A stretch of 64,000 bases of DNA from a bacterium (GTDB lineage: Bacteria > Zhuqueibacterota > Zhuqueibacteria > Zhuqueibacterales > Zhuqueibacteraceae). The notes below the pieces were generated by a model. The model worked only from the letters and a program-made list of their open reading frames with translations. It did no database searches and was not told the origin of the DNA. Every line of letters starts with the position of its first letter. Position 1 is the first letter of the stretch. Shown in pieces: positions 1-9,867 of the stretch. The stretch spans positions 10,095 through 74,094 of the forward strand of contig JBIOXB010000217.1 in assembly GCA_044869275.1 (NCBI GenBank), given 5' to 3'. Made by a program: the position numbers and the translations under genes.

Positions 1-2
1 AT

Positions 3-107
3 CGCCCCAAAAATGATTTGAAGCCCGGCAGCCATCTGTTGGTTGCTGAAGCACAGGATCGCTGCGGTAATATTGCCAAACGGGAGGTGAAATTTTTTGT
101 TAAATGA
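3..107 (+). CDS. 3' end of a gene entering from the left edge (C-terminus RPKNDLKPGSHLLVAEAQDRCGNIAKREVKFFVK, Ig-like terminal strand pattern)
   Basis: Manual translation of frame 3, open to TGA at 105-107; the L.PG.H.L...A.D..GN pattern is typical of C-terminal Ig-like domains. Confidence 0.5.
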   Translation, partial: RPKNDLKPGSHLLVAEAQDRCGNIAKREVKFFVK

Positions 108-153
108 GGAATCGTTGCTCAGCTCATAAAAGCCATGCAAACAGAGCAAGTTT

Positions 154-230
154 TTCGCCCACGGAAATCGAACTCCCACGGAATCGAACTCCAGCAATAC
201 TTCCGTGGGAGTTTTAATTCCGTGGGCGAA
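154..230. repeat. 30-bp imperfect inverted repeat built from CCCACGGAA units
   Basis: 154-183 TTCGCCCACGGAAATCGAACTCCCACGGAA versus the reverse complement of 201-230 (TTCGCCCACGGAATTAAAACTCCCACGGAA): 3 mismatches, 17-nt loop. Confidence 0.8.
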
Positions 231-765
231 TTTTCTCGTCGGTTTAGGTCCCGAATAAGTCGGGATTCGCTGGACAGTCATAATGATGAATCTCCCGTGA
301 AGGCGCGCAGCCGCAGATGGGCACGGAAAACTTTATCTTCTTTCGCGGCGATATGACATGCGGTTCATTTGATTGTGCTGGGTTCATTACCAGATTCTGC
401 CTGAAGCTCTTTGTTAAGGATGTTCTTATGTTTACAAGTATGCAATCTTTTTTAGCCTGCCTCCCTCCTTCGCAATTTCGTCTTTCAATTCACATAAAAA
501 AGGCAGAAAAATAAAGGACAGAATAATCGCAATAGATCTCCTGCCCGGAGGCAGGTGAATGATGAGTTGGGGCAACCGTCAAGCATTTTTCTGCCCTGCA
601 TCTTTCTGTCTTCTGCTTTTTTCCAGGATAACTGTGCCATTGCCGCTGTCCTTTGGCTTCGGTTTACAGCTCGTTTGCAAATCCGAGGTAGACGCTTAGA
701 TTACAGTTCTACCGCACTGTGTCTTTCCATGTGTTTTGTGGAATAACCAAGCAATGGAGCAAAAC

Positions 766-1869
766 ATGCAAACCATCAACGTCGCACTGGGCGAGCGCAG
801 CTATCCGATCCACATCGGCGCGGGGGTTTTGCAGCAGGCGGGTGCATTGCTCCGCGAGCAGCATTCCGCCTCACGGCTGGTGATCATCACCAACCCGATG
901 GTCGAGCAACTTTGGGGCGCGCGTGCCACGGCCAGTTTGGAACAGGCGGGATGGGCGTTCGAGAAAATACTGGTGCCGGAGGGCGAGCGCCACAAAACCT
1001 TGGCAACTTTCAACCGCATCATTGCCAAAATGTTGCACGCGCGCTGTGACCGCGAAACCCTTGTGATCGCTTTGGGCGGCGGCGTGATCGGAGACCTGGC
1101 TGGCTACGTGGCGGCGGCCTACATGCGCGGCGTGCGCTTCATCCAGATGCCGACGACTTTATTGGCGCAGGTGGACGCCAGCATCGGCGGCAAAGTAGGC
1201 GTGAATCATCGCCTCGGCAAAAACATGATCGGCGCGTTTCATCAGCCCCAAATGGTCTTGATCGACACCGAGACCCTGACGACTTTGCCGCAGCGCGAAT
1301 TGATTTGCGGCCTGGCGGAAATCGTCAAACACGCGTTGATCGCCGATCGCGCTTATTTTGAAACTTTAGAAGCGACTCTCACCTCAATCCTCGCTTTGGA
1401 TTCCCACCTGCTCACCACTCTCATCGCACAAAGCTGCAGCATCAAAGCGGAAATTGTGGCCCGCGACGAGCGCGAAGAATCCGGCCTGCGCGCGTTGTTG
1501 AACTTCGGGCATACCGTCGGTCACGCGCTCGAAGCCGCGGCCCAATTCGAAACGTTGCGCCATGGCGAAGCGATACTATTAGGCATGGTGGCCGAAGCCT
1601 ATCTCAGCAAAATGGCCGGCATGCTTGCGGAAGAAGAATTTCAGCGCGCCGTAGATTTTCTGCGCCGAATTCCGCTAAAGATCGAGCTTGCCGGTATCCG
1701 TATGGTTGAAATAGAGCGCTTCATGCAGCGGGACAAAAAAGCGCAGCAAGGTGCGCCGCGTATGGTGCTCTTGCAAGCGATTGGCGCCGCGACGTTCACC
1801 GCGCACTGGCCGCTGCACCACTTGCATGAAGCAATAGATTGCGCCCTCGCCGCCTTCTGCAAAAATTAA
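766..1869 (+). CDS. aroB: 3-dehydroquinate synthase
   Basis: Motifs GGGVIGDLAGY, PTTLLAQVDASIGGK, KNMIGAFHQP, LNFGHTVGHALE, HGEA; ATG 766 has GGAG upstream. Confidence 0.97.
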   Translation: MQTINVALGERSYPIHIGAGVLQQAGALLREQHSASRLVIITNPMVEQLWGARATASLEQAGWAFEKILVPEGERHKTLATFNRIIAKMLHARCDRETLVIALGGGVIGDLAGYVAAAYMRGVRFIQMPTTLLAQVDASIGGKVGVNHRLGKNMIGAFHQPQMVLIDTETLTTLPQRELICGLAEIVKHALIADRAYFETLEATLTSILALDSHLLTTLIAQSCSIKAEIVARDEREESGLRALLNFGHTVGHALEAAAQFETLRHGEAILLGMVAEAYLSKMAGMLAEEEFQRAVDFLRRIPLKIELAGIRMVEIERFMQRDKKAQQGAPRMVLLQAIGAATFTAHWPLHHLHEAIDCALAAFCKN

Positions 1870-2142
1870 TTTAGTGCAAAAAAAAGCGATCTCAGCTCTG
1901 AGACAATCACAATTTCGTATCCGGGTTGTATCACTTGCGACAAAGCGGCCCCGCTGTAGAGGTGCGCGGCGCTGGACTTTTGTTTGCATAGCTTGACAAA
2001 ACAGGCCGTCACTGTTGGATCAAAACGCGAAATATAGCGATTTCAGAGTCAGGCTTTTCCGGCGGGGTGCTTGGCATATGATTTGTCTTAAGCGATGGGT
2101 GGTAAACGTCGCTACGCCAAACGAGCATGAAGGGAAGCCACG

Positions 2143-2724
2143 ATGATGAGCGAGCTTTTTTATTTCTCTTTTTCCGATCTGATGGTGCGCGCGGAGTACA
2201 ACCCCGAGGCCAACTCCCTGCGTTACGCCTCGCACCGCAAAATCACCTTCAACGAACGCGTATTGGTCGAGCAATATCTGCTCAACAACCACGCCTTGAA
2301 GACGGATTACTACAAGAAGGACCCGTCTTTTTTCATTTATCTCGGCAAAGAGCCGCAACTGGCGAAAGAGCTCAATGTCTTCCATCTCAAGTCCACGCTG
2401 CATTCGCTCGTGGAAAAAGAGAAGGAAGTCAAGGAGTCGGTGCACGATCTCATCCATCAATCGATGGAGAGTTATTATTTCGAGCAGATTGGCGAGGCCT
2501 TGCTGGCGATGCGGCAGGAGGCGGCCGCCGGGGTCTCGCGCGAGCGCGCGCTGCCCATGCGGCGCAAGTTGGAAGAGCTGGTCAAAGCGTACAATCTCTA
2601 CGCCGATCAAAAGATCAACGTTACAACCGTCATTCCAGTGGATTTGCAGCCTCATTTCGGTTTTTCTTCACCCCTCCCGCCGGTGCGGAGTGTGCAAGAG
2701 CTGGAAGAAGGCAAATTAGACTGA
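2143..2724 (+). CDS. hypothetical protein (193 aa, soluble, helical C-terminal half)
   Basis: Protein-like composition, purine-rich RBS-like sequence upstream, co-oriented with neighbours. Confidence 0.75.
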   Translation: MMSELFYFSFSDLMVRAEYNPEANSLRYASHRKITFNERVLVEQYLLNNHALKTDYYKKDPSFFIYLGKEPQLAKELNVFHLKSTLHSLVEKEKEVKESVHDLIHQSMESYYFEQIGEALLAMRQEAAAGVSRERALPMRRKLEELVKAYNLYADQKINVTTVIPVDLQPHFGFSSPLPPVRSVQELEEGKLD

Positions 2725-2782
2725 TACAGAAAATTAGCGCAGCTAATTTTTCAAGCAAGGAAGCTTATTCAGGAGAGTCGTC

Positions 2783-3967
2783 ATGCGGCACTCGAGTTTT
2801 AGGATGGTACTCTGGGCTGTGTTGTTTATGGGAAGTGTTGCTGCCTTCGGGCAAAGTCTCGAACGGCGGTTCCTTTTCGGATTCGGCGCCGGCACCCAAA
2901 AGCTGGTCACCAATGCCCCGGGCTCGCAATTCGGCATCGGCGGAGAAGGCGTCGTCGGTTATCGCTTCACCAATCGCCTCGGCACCATAGGCTCGCTCGG
3001 CTATGCCACGTTTCCATTCAACGTGGGTGGCAGCTTCAATATCATCGTTGGCAACGTCTTATTCGACTTCGAGCTCGCCAATGGCGGCGCCTTCCATCCC
3101 TATTTGGCCTTGGGAGGCGGCGGCGTCAACTATCCCGTCGGTCCCAATCGCTTCAACGATATCACGGCCGTGGGAGGTGCGGGTTTTCGTTTCCTGTTCA
3201 ATGAGAAAACCGCGTTGACCTTCAACGCACTTTATAATCGCTACGTTTCCGGCAACATCAAGAACAATGCTTATGCCAGCGGGCGTTTGGGATTGACCTT
3301 CTTTTTCGGCGGAGGCGCGAGTGCTTCCGACGAGGACATGTTTGCCGAAGAAGCGCCGGTGGAAGAGTTCGACAGCTCCATGAAAGAACGCATGAACGAG
3401 ATGGAGAATTCTTCAAGCAGCGCGCGCGCGGGCAGCATGCAAGACTACATCCGCCTGAAGTCGCAAGTGGATGAGATCAATCAGGACATCGACAACAAAG
3501 AGCGCGAAATCTCTTCTTTGGTGACCGCAGTCAACGAGAGCAAGCAGCAAGCGGGCAAAATGCAATCTGCCGCTCCGGCAATGAGCGTGGAAGCGAACGC
3601 CGGCTTTTCGCGCGTTTATGAGCAGGCTTTGAGCAATTTCTACGCCAAGCGCTATCCCCAGGCCGTGCAAATGTTTACGGACTTGGTCAATCAATTTCCT
3701 GCGCATTCGCTCGCCAGCAGTTGTCATTATTGGATCGGCGAGTCGCAATTCAATCTGGGCAATTACCAGGAAGCCGTTTCCGAGCTGAACCAGGTGCTGC
3801 AAGCGGCGCGCTCGTTAAAGAAAGATGATGCCCTGCTCGTGCTGGGGAAGTCCTATGCCCAGCTCAATCGCAAAGACGAAGCGCGCGAAGCATTGAATCG
3901 TTTGATTCGGGAATTTCCCAACAGCGAGTTCGTGCCCAAGGCCGAAGCGATGCTCAATCAAATGTAG
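2783..3967 (+). CDS. outer-membrane beta-barrel (OmpA-TM-like) + coiled coil + CpoB/YbgF-like TPR protein
   Basis: Signal peptide; amphipathic beta-strands (HPYLALGGG, RLGLTFFFG); C-terminal TPRs (YWIGESQF, DALLVLG, LIREFPNSE). Confidence 0.75.
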   Translation: MRHSSFRMVLWAVLFMGSVAAFGQSLERRFLFGFGAGTQKLVTNAPGSQFGIGGEGVVGYRFTNRLGTIGSLGYATFPFNVGGSFNIIVGNVLFDFELANGGAFHPYLALGGGGVNYPVGPNRFNDITAVGGAGFRFLFNEKTALTFNALYNRYVSGNIKNNAYASGRLGLTFFFGGGASASDEDMFAEEAPVEEFDSSMKERMNEMENSSSSARAGSMQDYIRLKSQVDEINQDIDNKEREISSLVTAVNESKQQAGKMQSAAPAMSVEANAGFSRVYEQALSNFYAKRYPQAVQMFTDLVNQFPAHSLASSCHYWIGESQFNLGNYQEAVSELNQVLQAARSLKKDDALLVLGKSYAQLNRKDEAREALNRLIREFPNSEFVPKAEAMLNQM

Positions 3968-4003
3968 CCGTGTGATGCCGTTGCGGCGGAAGACAAAGCT
4001 CAG

Positions 4004-5824
4004 ATGATGAAGTTCCGTTTTCGCAAATGGGTGGCGGCGAGCCTGCTCGGCCTATGCAGCTCTGCCACCTTCGCGCAAGCGCCCGACGGCTGGCAGTTCG
4101 GCACCGGGGTTGGCCTGCAGCGCTTCACCAACAATGTTGTGGCGCAGCCCGGTTTGGGCGTGCAAGCCAGCGTGGGACGCTGGCTGATTCCTCAATTGGG
4201 CGCCAACCTCGCCATAGATTATTCCTCTCTCCCCTTCCAGCAAACCCTCAGGGCTCAGGGCATTTCTGTGCTCAATACGCGCGAGTCGAATGTATTCAGC
4301 GCGGCTTTGCTGCTTGACTATTCACTGCCAACGCAGGCCCGGGTCAGTCCCTATGTCAAGCTCGGCGGCGGGCTCGAGAGCATTCAGGTGGGGAATTCTG
4401 CGCGCCAGCTCTATGCCGCCGGCATCGCGGGCGCGGGCCTGCGCGTGAAAATTCAGCCGCAAATCGCGCTGCATGTACACGGCGATTATCATTTAATGGA
4501 CGTGCGGGTGCTGAACGGCTTCTCCCCCAACCAACCGCCGCAGGGTTATTTCACCGCGCGCGCAGGGTTCACCTTCTTCACCCCCAAAAGGGAGACACCA
4601 GACGGAGAGCTGCCCGGCGAGCGCGTGGAAATCGAAGAGGCGTCGCGCGAAGAATTTGCCAGCGATGAATCTGTAAGCCATGAGCCGGCAGCCCAAGATT
4701 CGCTGGCGGGTGATCCCACGACTCTTTCCCCGGAGCAAGCCCAGCTCGAGCGTTTTGCTTTTGATGAGGAATTCGAAGCGGAATCGTCCTCGTCAACGGA
4801 TTTTGAAGACGCTCCCGAGTCTCGAGAGAATTCTCCTGATGCCACAACCGGCAATCCAGTGGAAAACCCTAATGCTGAAACAGGGTTTGATTTGTCCGCA
4901 TTGGAGGAACGGCTGAATCAACTCGAAAACGAGTCTGCCGGCTCGCCGGAACCAGGGTTGGATGAGCGCGCGCAAACACCGTCGCAGAAGGAACTGGTAC
5001 CCGGTGATTTGGCTGAACTGGAAACGCGTGTGCAAGAGTTCGAACAGGAATACCGCGCCGCGCCCGCGCCGGCAGAAGGTGTTTCATCCCAGGATGAGTT
5101 CGACGGCCGAGAGAATACGAACGCGCCCGGCTCCCAAGGCTTCGAAGAACTTTTGGATCAGGTCGCCAGCCAATACGAAGCTCCACCAAGCCCTCCGGTT
5201 GATCAAGGTGCCGATCCTGCTTTGGAAGATATCGAAGAGGAATCAACCGGCAACTTGACCGCGCTCGAGCAAAGATTGCGGCTACTAGAAAGTGAGCCCG
5301 AGCAAACCAGCGGAGCGCCGGAAAATTCAGAATGGATTGAGGGCGCTGCCTCGGGCCACGCATCAAACCTCGAACCATCATCTTCCCCTAACGGTTTCGC
5401 CGACAACAACACAGTGGTGCAAGGATTCAAGGCTAACACGGCGTTGGCAAAAACCGGCTCGTTCGCGCAAGGCTACGAAAGCGCGTCCTATGACTTTTAT
5501 ACCGGCCGTTATGCCGAGACCGTACAAACGCTGTCGCGATTGATCGAAGAGTATCCGAATCACATTCTGGCCAGCAACTGTTACTATTGGGTGGGTGAAG
5601 CGCAATGGCAGGCCAACAATCTGCAGGAAGCGATTGCCGCATTTAACAAAGTCCTGGCTTTTGAAAAATCCTTGAAAAAAGACAATGCCCTGCTCATGCT
5701 GGGCCGGTGCTACATGACCCTAAGACGTTTAGATGAAGCGCGCACCGCCTTCAATCGCGTCATTGCCGAATATCCCGCCAGCGAAGCGGTGAGCAAAGCG
5801 CAGGAGTATTTGCGCAGTCTGTAG
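4004..5824 (+). CDS. paralogous outer-membrane beta-barrel + long acidic linker + CpoB/YbgF-like TPR protein
   Basis: Signal peptide; SPYVKLGGG and ARAGFTFF strands; long E/D/P/S-rich linker; TPR block closely similar to the previous gene (H.LAS.C.YW.GE, SLKKD.AL). Confidence 0.75.
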   Translation: MMKFRFRKWVAASLLGLCSSATFAQAPDGWQFGTGVGLQRFTNNVVAQPGLGVQASVGRWLIPQLGANLAIDYSSLPFQQTLRAQGISVLNTRESNVFSAALLLDYSLPTQARVSPYVKLGGGLESIQVGNSARQLYAAGIAGAGLRVKIQPQIALHVHGDYHLMDVRVLNGFSPNQPPQGYFTARAGFTFFTPKRETPDGELPGERVEIEEASREEFASDESVSHEPAAQDSLAGDPTTLSPEQAQLERFAFDEEFEAESSSSTDFEDAPESRENSPDATTGNPVENPNAETGFDLSALEERLNQLENESAGSPEPGLDERAQTPSQKELVPGDLAELETRVQEFEQEYRAAPAPAEGVSSQDEFDGRENTNAPGSQGFEELLDQVASQYEAPPSPPVDQGADPALEDIEEESTGNLTALEQRLRLLESEPEQTSGAPENSEWIEGAASGHASNLEPSSSPNGFADNNTVVQGFKANTALAKTGSFAQGYESASYDFYTGRYAETVQTLSRLIEEYPNHILASNCYYWVGEAQWQANNLQEAIAAFNKVLAFEKSLKKDNALLMLGRCYMTLRRLDEARTAFNRVIAEYPASEAVSKAQEYLRSL

Positions 5825-5891
5825 TCCTCTTTGTTCTCGGCGGTAAGAACGATTACTCCGTCACCTTAATCTTCGCACCCCCCTTCATCAA

Positions 5892-5961
5892 TGTCATTTG
5901 AAGGAATCCTGTGCAGCACAATAATAGTGCCTGCTTCAACCGAGATCCCTACGGGATGACA
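5892..5961. repeat. REP/MITE-like element with imperfect terminal inverted repeats TGTCAT...ATGACA
   Basis: TGTCATTTGAAGGAATCCT (5892) versus GAGATCCCTACGGGATGACA (ends 5961), between convergent genes. Confidence 0.45.
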
Positions 5962-6044
5962 TATTAGGGTTTGGGGATAGGCTCCAAGGTGACAGGGTAC
6001 TCGTGCGCTGTCGCGTCAGTTTTTGAATGTCAGCTTCAGCGAAG

Positions 6045-6350
6045 TCAAGGTGCGGTTCGCGGCCGTTTTCGAGCCACTTTGGATTTCGGCGCTTTTCGTG
6101 GGGCGGGATTTTCTTGTGCCCTTTTCTCTTGGGGAGGTGCTGCCTCAAGCCGCGCCAGCGCAGGCGGGGCGTAGGATTTATTCTCGACGATTTTGCCGTC
6201 GCGCACGAGATATTTGTCCAGCGCAAATGTCGTCAAAAAATCGTCTGGGAGTTCTTCACGCGCGACGTGGAGCACCCGCCCGCCGGATGCCGTTCCGGGT
6301 TTTGTGCTGCAAGATAGGACACGGCCCTTTGCATCGTATTTGATTTCCAT
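6045..6350 (-). CDS. small fibre-associated protein, DUF2977-like
   Basis: LPDDFLTTFALDKYLVRDGKIVEN resembles small phage proteins encoded after tail-fibre genes; last gene of the operon; GCAGGTG RBS-like site. Confidence 0.55.
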   Translation of the reverse strand: MEIKYDAKGRVLSCSTKPGTASGGRVLHVAREELPDDFLTTFALDKYLVRDGKIVENKSYAPPALARLEAAPPQEKRAQENPAPRKAPKSKVARKRPRTAP

Positions 6351-6392
6351 CGCACCTGCCAGAATTTATGCGGGTCCGCTCTTTCGAGCCTT

Positions 6393-9300
6393 TTATCCCA
6401 CCAAGATTTTCCGCACGAGGTCACCTGCGGATGAAATCCATAAATGTGTGCCGTCAAAAGCCGCGCTTTGCGGAACCCCGGGCAAGGCCAGGGTGCCCAA
6501 GTTGGCATTTGTATCCACGTCTGCCTTGTGTAAGATGCCTTCCACCACGCCGGAATTGCTTTGCCGCTGCGCCAAGAGCCACATGTTCCGGCCGTCGAAA
6601 ACCAGGTCATGGCTATCCGGAAAAACCTCCTCCGGCTGTTGGGTCAATACTCGGCCGTTGACCTCGATCTTGTAAACCGCCTGATCACCCGAGTCCGATT
6701 GACAGGCCACCCAAACATGCGCGCCGTCAAAGGCCATTGCCACCGGGGTGGCAATCAGATTGGTATTGAGCGGCGCTGCTTCTTCCTCGACGTTTCTGAT
6801 CTGGAAAAGTCGCCGCGCCGCATCTCTTTCTGCACCGATCCAAACTTGGACGCCGTCAAAAACAAGAGCCGTTGGCGTGAAACTGGCACCGCCTTCACGC
6901 AGGCTTTTGTTCACGATAACCTCGGGGTCTTCCGTATCGACGATTCTTACGGTCGCAGAGCCTCTATTCGCAATCCAAAGATACCTGCCGTCGAATACGA
7001 TTTCGCGAGGCTCGGAAAAATCTCTATCCAAACGCGTAACCACAGTTGCGGTGGCCGGATCGATTGCAAAAACTGAATTTCCCTCGGGCGAAGTGAACCA
7101 GACGTGCGTGCCGTCAAATGCGCCGCGCCACGTTCTTGCACCCACCGCAATCGGGAGGCCACCGCCAGGATCGGTTGTGTCCAAGCCTATCCTGGTGAGA
7201 GTCGAAGTCCTTGCGCTCGCGACCCAAATCGTGCGGCCATCGAAGACGAGGCCGGCAGGCGAGGAGGCTTCGAAAAAATAATTCCTGCCGTCGCGATAAG
7301 GCAGGCAGGGCAGCGTTTGCGCCAGTAAAGGCACAAACTGACGGCGATCGCGATGGGCGGCAGCGATCTTTCTGTTGCCGGCATTCAGGGCCTCTGCAAC
7401 CGTTCGTGGGATTTCGCCTTCCGCCAGGCCGGCCGTGCAGGCGGGCGTGAACGGAATGCGATCGGCCTTCAGCTCGCAAAGCAGGTTGTTCAGAATGAAT
7501 TCAACCGTGGCGGGGCCACCGGGCAGCCATTGCGGCAGCATCGCGGCGTGAAAGAGCGATTGCACCGTGGCCTCGCCATTGCCGCACGCCGGGATTTGAT
7601 AACCGATATGGCGCGCCTGGATGTTGCAAATCTCATTCAGGGCATCAGCGACGGTTTCAGTCTCTGGAGGATAAAGTTCGTTGGCGCATTCGGGCGGTCT
7701 ATAGGAAACATTGTCCGCGAAGCTGAGATTGGCGTTAAAGGAAATGGGCAAGTGCGCACATTGCTGATCATCCAGCCACAGTGTCGCGCGCACTTGCTGG
7801 CTAGGTGTGATGGCATCCAGGATCCAGCGGCAGCTCGCCACGCCGGCGCCACAGTCCTTGCCGTCCTCCGTGCGGCGCACTCTGGTTTCGGTTTCGAAAA
7901 CACGGCCACCACCCCCTTCTCCGATACTGCCGTTGCCATCCGTGATTTCAAACCTTACGCGCAAACCGCCTATGGGTTGATCTGCGCGCGTCACGCCAAC
8001 TTTGAGGGGATATGGCAGCGGTTGGCCGGGCAAAGCTTCCTGCCCGTCGCCGCCGAGATAAAAGAAATTAAGTTGTTCCGCCAGCGGTGTAAAAATCTCC
8101 CGGCAATCTTTCTTAACCTCCCAACCAGTGCTGGAGAGTTGCAGCACGGCCAGGCGGCAGTAGTGATGATGAATGCCGTGTCTGTCCTGAAAGTAGGAAT
8201 TGCCATTTTCATCGCGCGGCCAGTCAATACCGTCGTTGGCGGTGCGGGCCGGGATTAGCCAGTAGTCGCCGGTGTGATATGAATCGACGGACACAAATTG
8301 AACTTCGATGCCGTCCTCTAAGGAATGCCAAACGCCTCCTTCTATGCTTGGCAGGGCCGTTTCACTGTCGTTGATCTGCGTCGGTGTGGCGATGATCTCG
8401 GCGGCTTCTCGTTGATCCCACCGGCGCACCTTCCGGCCGGGACCGGTTGGAATCGCGGCCGTGGCGGTCATGGGATCGTAGGTAAGAAAACGATCCGAGC
8501 TCACATTGACCAAGCGTACGAGCGCGCCGTTCCCCTCTCCCAATTCATGTGCGTCATCAATGATTTCGACCCATTGCCCGGCCTCGAACTTCAGCAGCTC
8601 ATCACGGCTGGGCGCGCTGAGCGTGAGTTGTCCTGTTTGGAGGTCGATCGCGTCAATGGCGCGCAGAATGCTGCCGTTGTCCCGCGACCACTTGAAGGTA
8701 GCATCGGGGTCAGGGCGAAGTTCTTTGGAGGGGCGATGAACTTCCACGCGATAGAGTTGATTTTGCGCGCGACGAAAACCGAGAGTCGAAGCCGCGGAGC
8801 AGAGATCAGCAGCGTTTGTTGCTGGGCTAACAACGCGGGCGGCAAGGCGCACGGGGCCGCGCTCCGTCAATTTCTTCCAATCCGTAAAGCTTGGATCGCA
8901 AATCTTGTCCAACTGCAAGAGTTCAAACGGGCCGAGTGATTTCACCTGCCAGACGGTCTTGGTGCGTGTGGCGGTGTCCGCGCCGCCGAGCGCGGCTTCG
9001 CGCAGGCTGGGATCTTCGACGCTGGTGATTTGGCGTTGCCAGACGTCTAAATAGGCGAGATAAAAACCGGGCTTGGTTGGGAACGCAAGCCCGGGCAGAT
9101 CAGGTTGCTCGCCCCAAAGCAAATAGTTCTCGTTTTCACAGAGAATGCCATCGACGTAATAGCGTCCTTGGCCAATCAGCAGGGGAGGCTGGCCCCGCGC
9201 CAGCAATACTTTCAATTCGTCTTTCTCGGCTTTGCTCAGCCCCGAGAGTTGGTCGATTCTCGGCGCGTCGATCAGCTCGAACCCGGCATCATCCTTGGGT

Positions 9301-9467
9301 GCGCCGCAATGTCCAATCAAATCTGTTGTGCCGGTCGCAATGCGTTGATTGGTGATATCGACCTGCTCGTTCCAATCCGCATCGAGCTGCACGCGGCCCT
9401 GCTGCAGGCGCACGCCGCTGTAATGTTTTTCACGCTTGAAAGTGGAGCGGGTGATGTCGGATTTCAA
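6393..9467 (-). CDS. DUF6519-domain eCIS fibre-type protein with Ig-like domain and C-terminal 7-bladed beta-propeller
   Basis: N-terminal QQGRVQLDADWNEQ, NQLYRVE, FKWSRDNGS, GDYWLIPART; seven [AV]FDG..[IVLM]W repeats; TTG start with AGGAG RBS. Confidence 0.85.
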   Translation of the reverse strand: MKSDITRSTFKREKHYSGVRLQQGRVQLDADWNEQVDITNQRIATGTTDLIGHCGAPKDDAGFELIDAPRIDQLSGLSKAEKDELKVLLARGQPPLLIGQGRYYVDGILCENENYLLWGEQPDLPGLAFPTKPGFYLAYLDVWQRQITSVEDPSLREAALGGADTATRTKTVWQVKSLGPFELLQLDKICDPSFTDWKKLTERGPVRLAARVVSPATNAADLCSAASTLGFRRAQNQLYRVEVHRPSKELRPDPDATFKWSRDNGSILRAIDAIDLQTGQLTLSAPSRDELLKFEAGQWVEIIDDAHELGEGNGALVRLVNVSSDRFLTYDPMTATAAIPTGPGRKVRRWDQREAAEIIATPTQINDSETALPSIEGGVWHSLEDGIEVQFVSVDSYHTGDYWLIPARTANDGIDWPRDENGNSYFQDRHGIHHHYCRLAVLQLSSTGWEVKKDCREIFTPLAEQLNFFYLGGDGQEALPGQPLPYPLKVGVTRADQPIGGLRVRFEITDGNGSIGEGGGGRVFETETRVRRTEDGKDCGAGVASCRWILDAITPSQQVRATLWLDDQQCAHLPISFNANLSFADNVSYRPPECANELYPPETETVADALNEICNIQARHIGYQIPACGNGEATVQSLFHAAMLPQWLPGGPATVEFILNNLLCELKADRIPFTPACTAGLAEGEIPRTVAEALNAGNRKIAAAHRDRRQFVPLLAQTLPCLPYRDGRNYFFEASSPAGLVFDGRTIWVASARTSTLTRIGLDTTDPGGGLPIAVGARTWRGAFDGTHVWFTSPEGNSVFAIDPATATVVTRLDRDFSEPREIVFDGRYLWIANRGSATVRIVDTEDPEVIVNKSLREGGASFTPTALVFDGVQVWIGAERDAARRLFQIRNVEEEAAPLNTNLIATPVAMAFDGAHVWVACQSDSGDQAVYKIEVNGRVLTQQPEEVFPDSHDLVFDGRNMWLLAQRQSNSGVVEGILHKADVDTNANLGTLALPGVPQSAAFDGTHLWISSAGDLVRKILVG

Positions 9468-9540
9468 AATTCACTCCTGTGAGATTGCATTCCGAGAAAG
9501 AATGTGCTATATTTCTTCAATCCAACAACGGACACAACGT

Positions 9541-9867
9541 ATGACAGAAGCCAAACTCCAAAAGCTGCTCGCGGAAATCAAATTCGAGCTGCAGCAGCTT
9601 TACGGCGAGCAATTGGTGGCCGTGATTCTCTATGGCTCCTATGCCCGCGGCGAAGCCGGTCCGCATTCGGATTTGGATGTGGCCTTTGTCTTAAAGCACT
9701 TCGATCATGAATTTGCTGAGATCAATCGCACGGGCGAAATGGCGGCGCGGCTTTCGCTGGAGTACGATGTGACCACGGCGTTGATACCACTCCGCGAGAA
9801 GCAATGGCGCGAGAAGCAAGGGCCATTTTATCAAAACCTCCGTCGCGAAGGGATTGCCATTGCATGA
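9541..9867 (+). CDS. minimal nucleotidyltransferase (MNT) antitoxin
   Basis: ILYGSYARG...SDLDV motif, C-terminal FYQNLRREGI; ATG at 9541. Confidence 0.9.
   Translation: MTEAKLQKLLAEIKFELQQLYGEQLVAVILYGSYARGEAGPHSDLDVAFVLKHFDHEFAEINRTGEMAARLSLEYDVTTALIPLREKQWREKQGPFYQNLRREGIAIA

Noticed and set aside
2072..2087. sigma54 promoter TGGCATATGATTTGTC before the 193-aa gene
   Set aside because: Good -24 half, but GT rather than GC at -12; too weak to call
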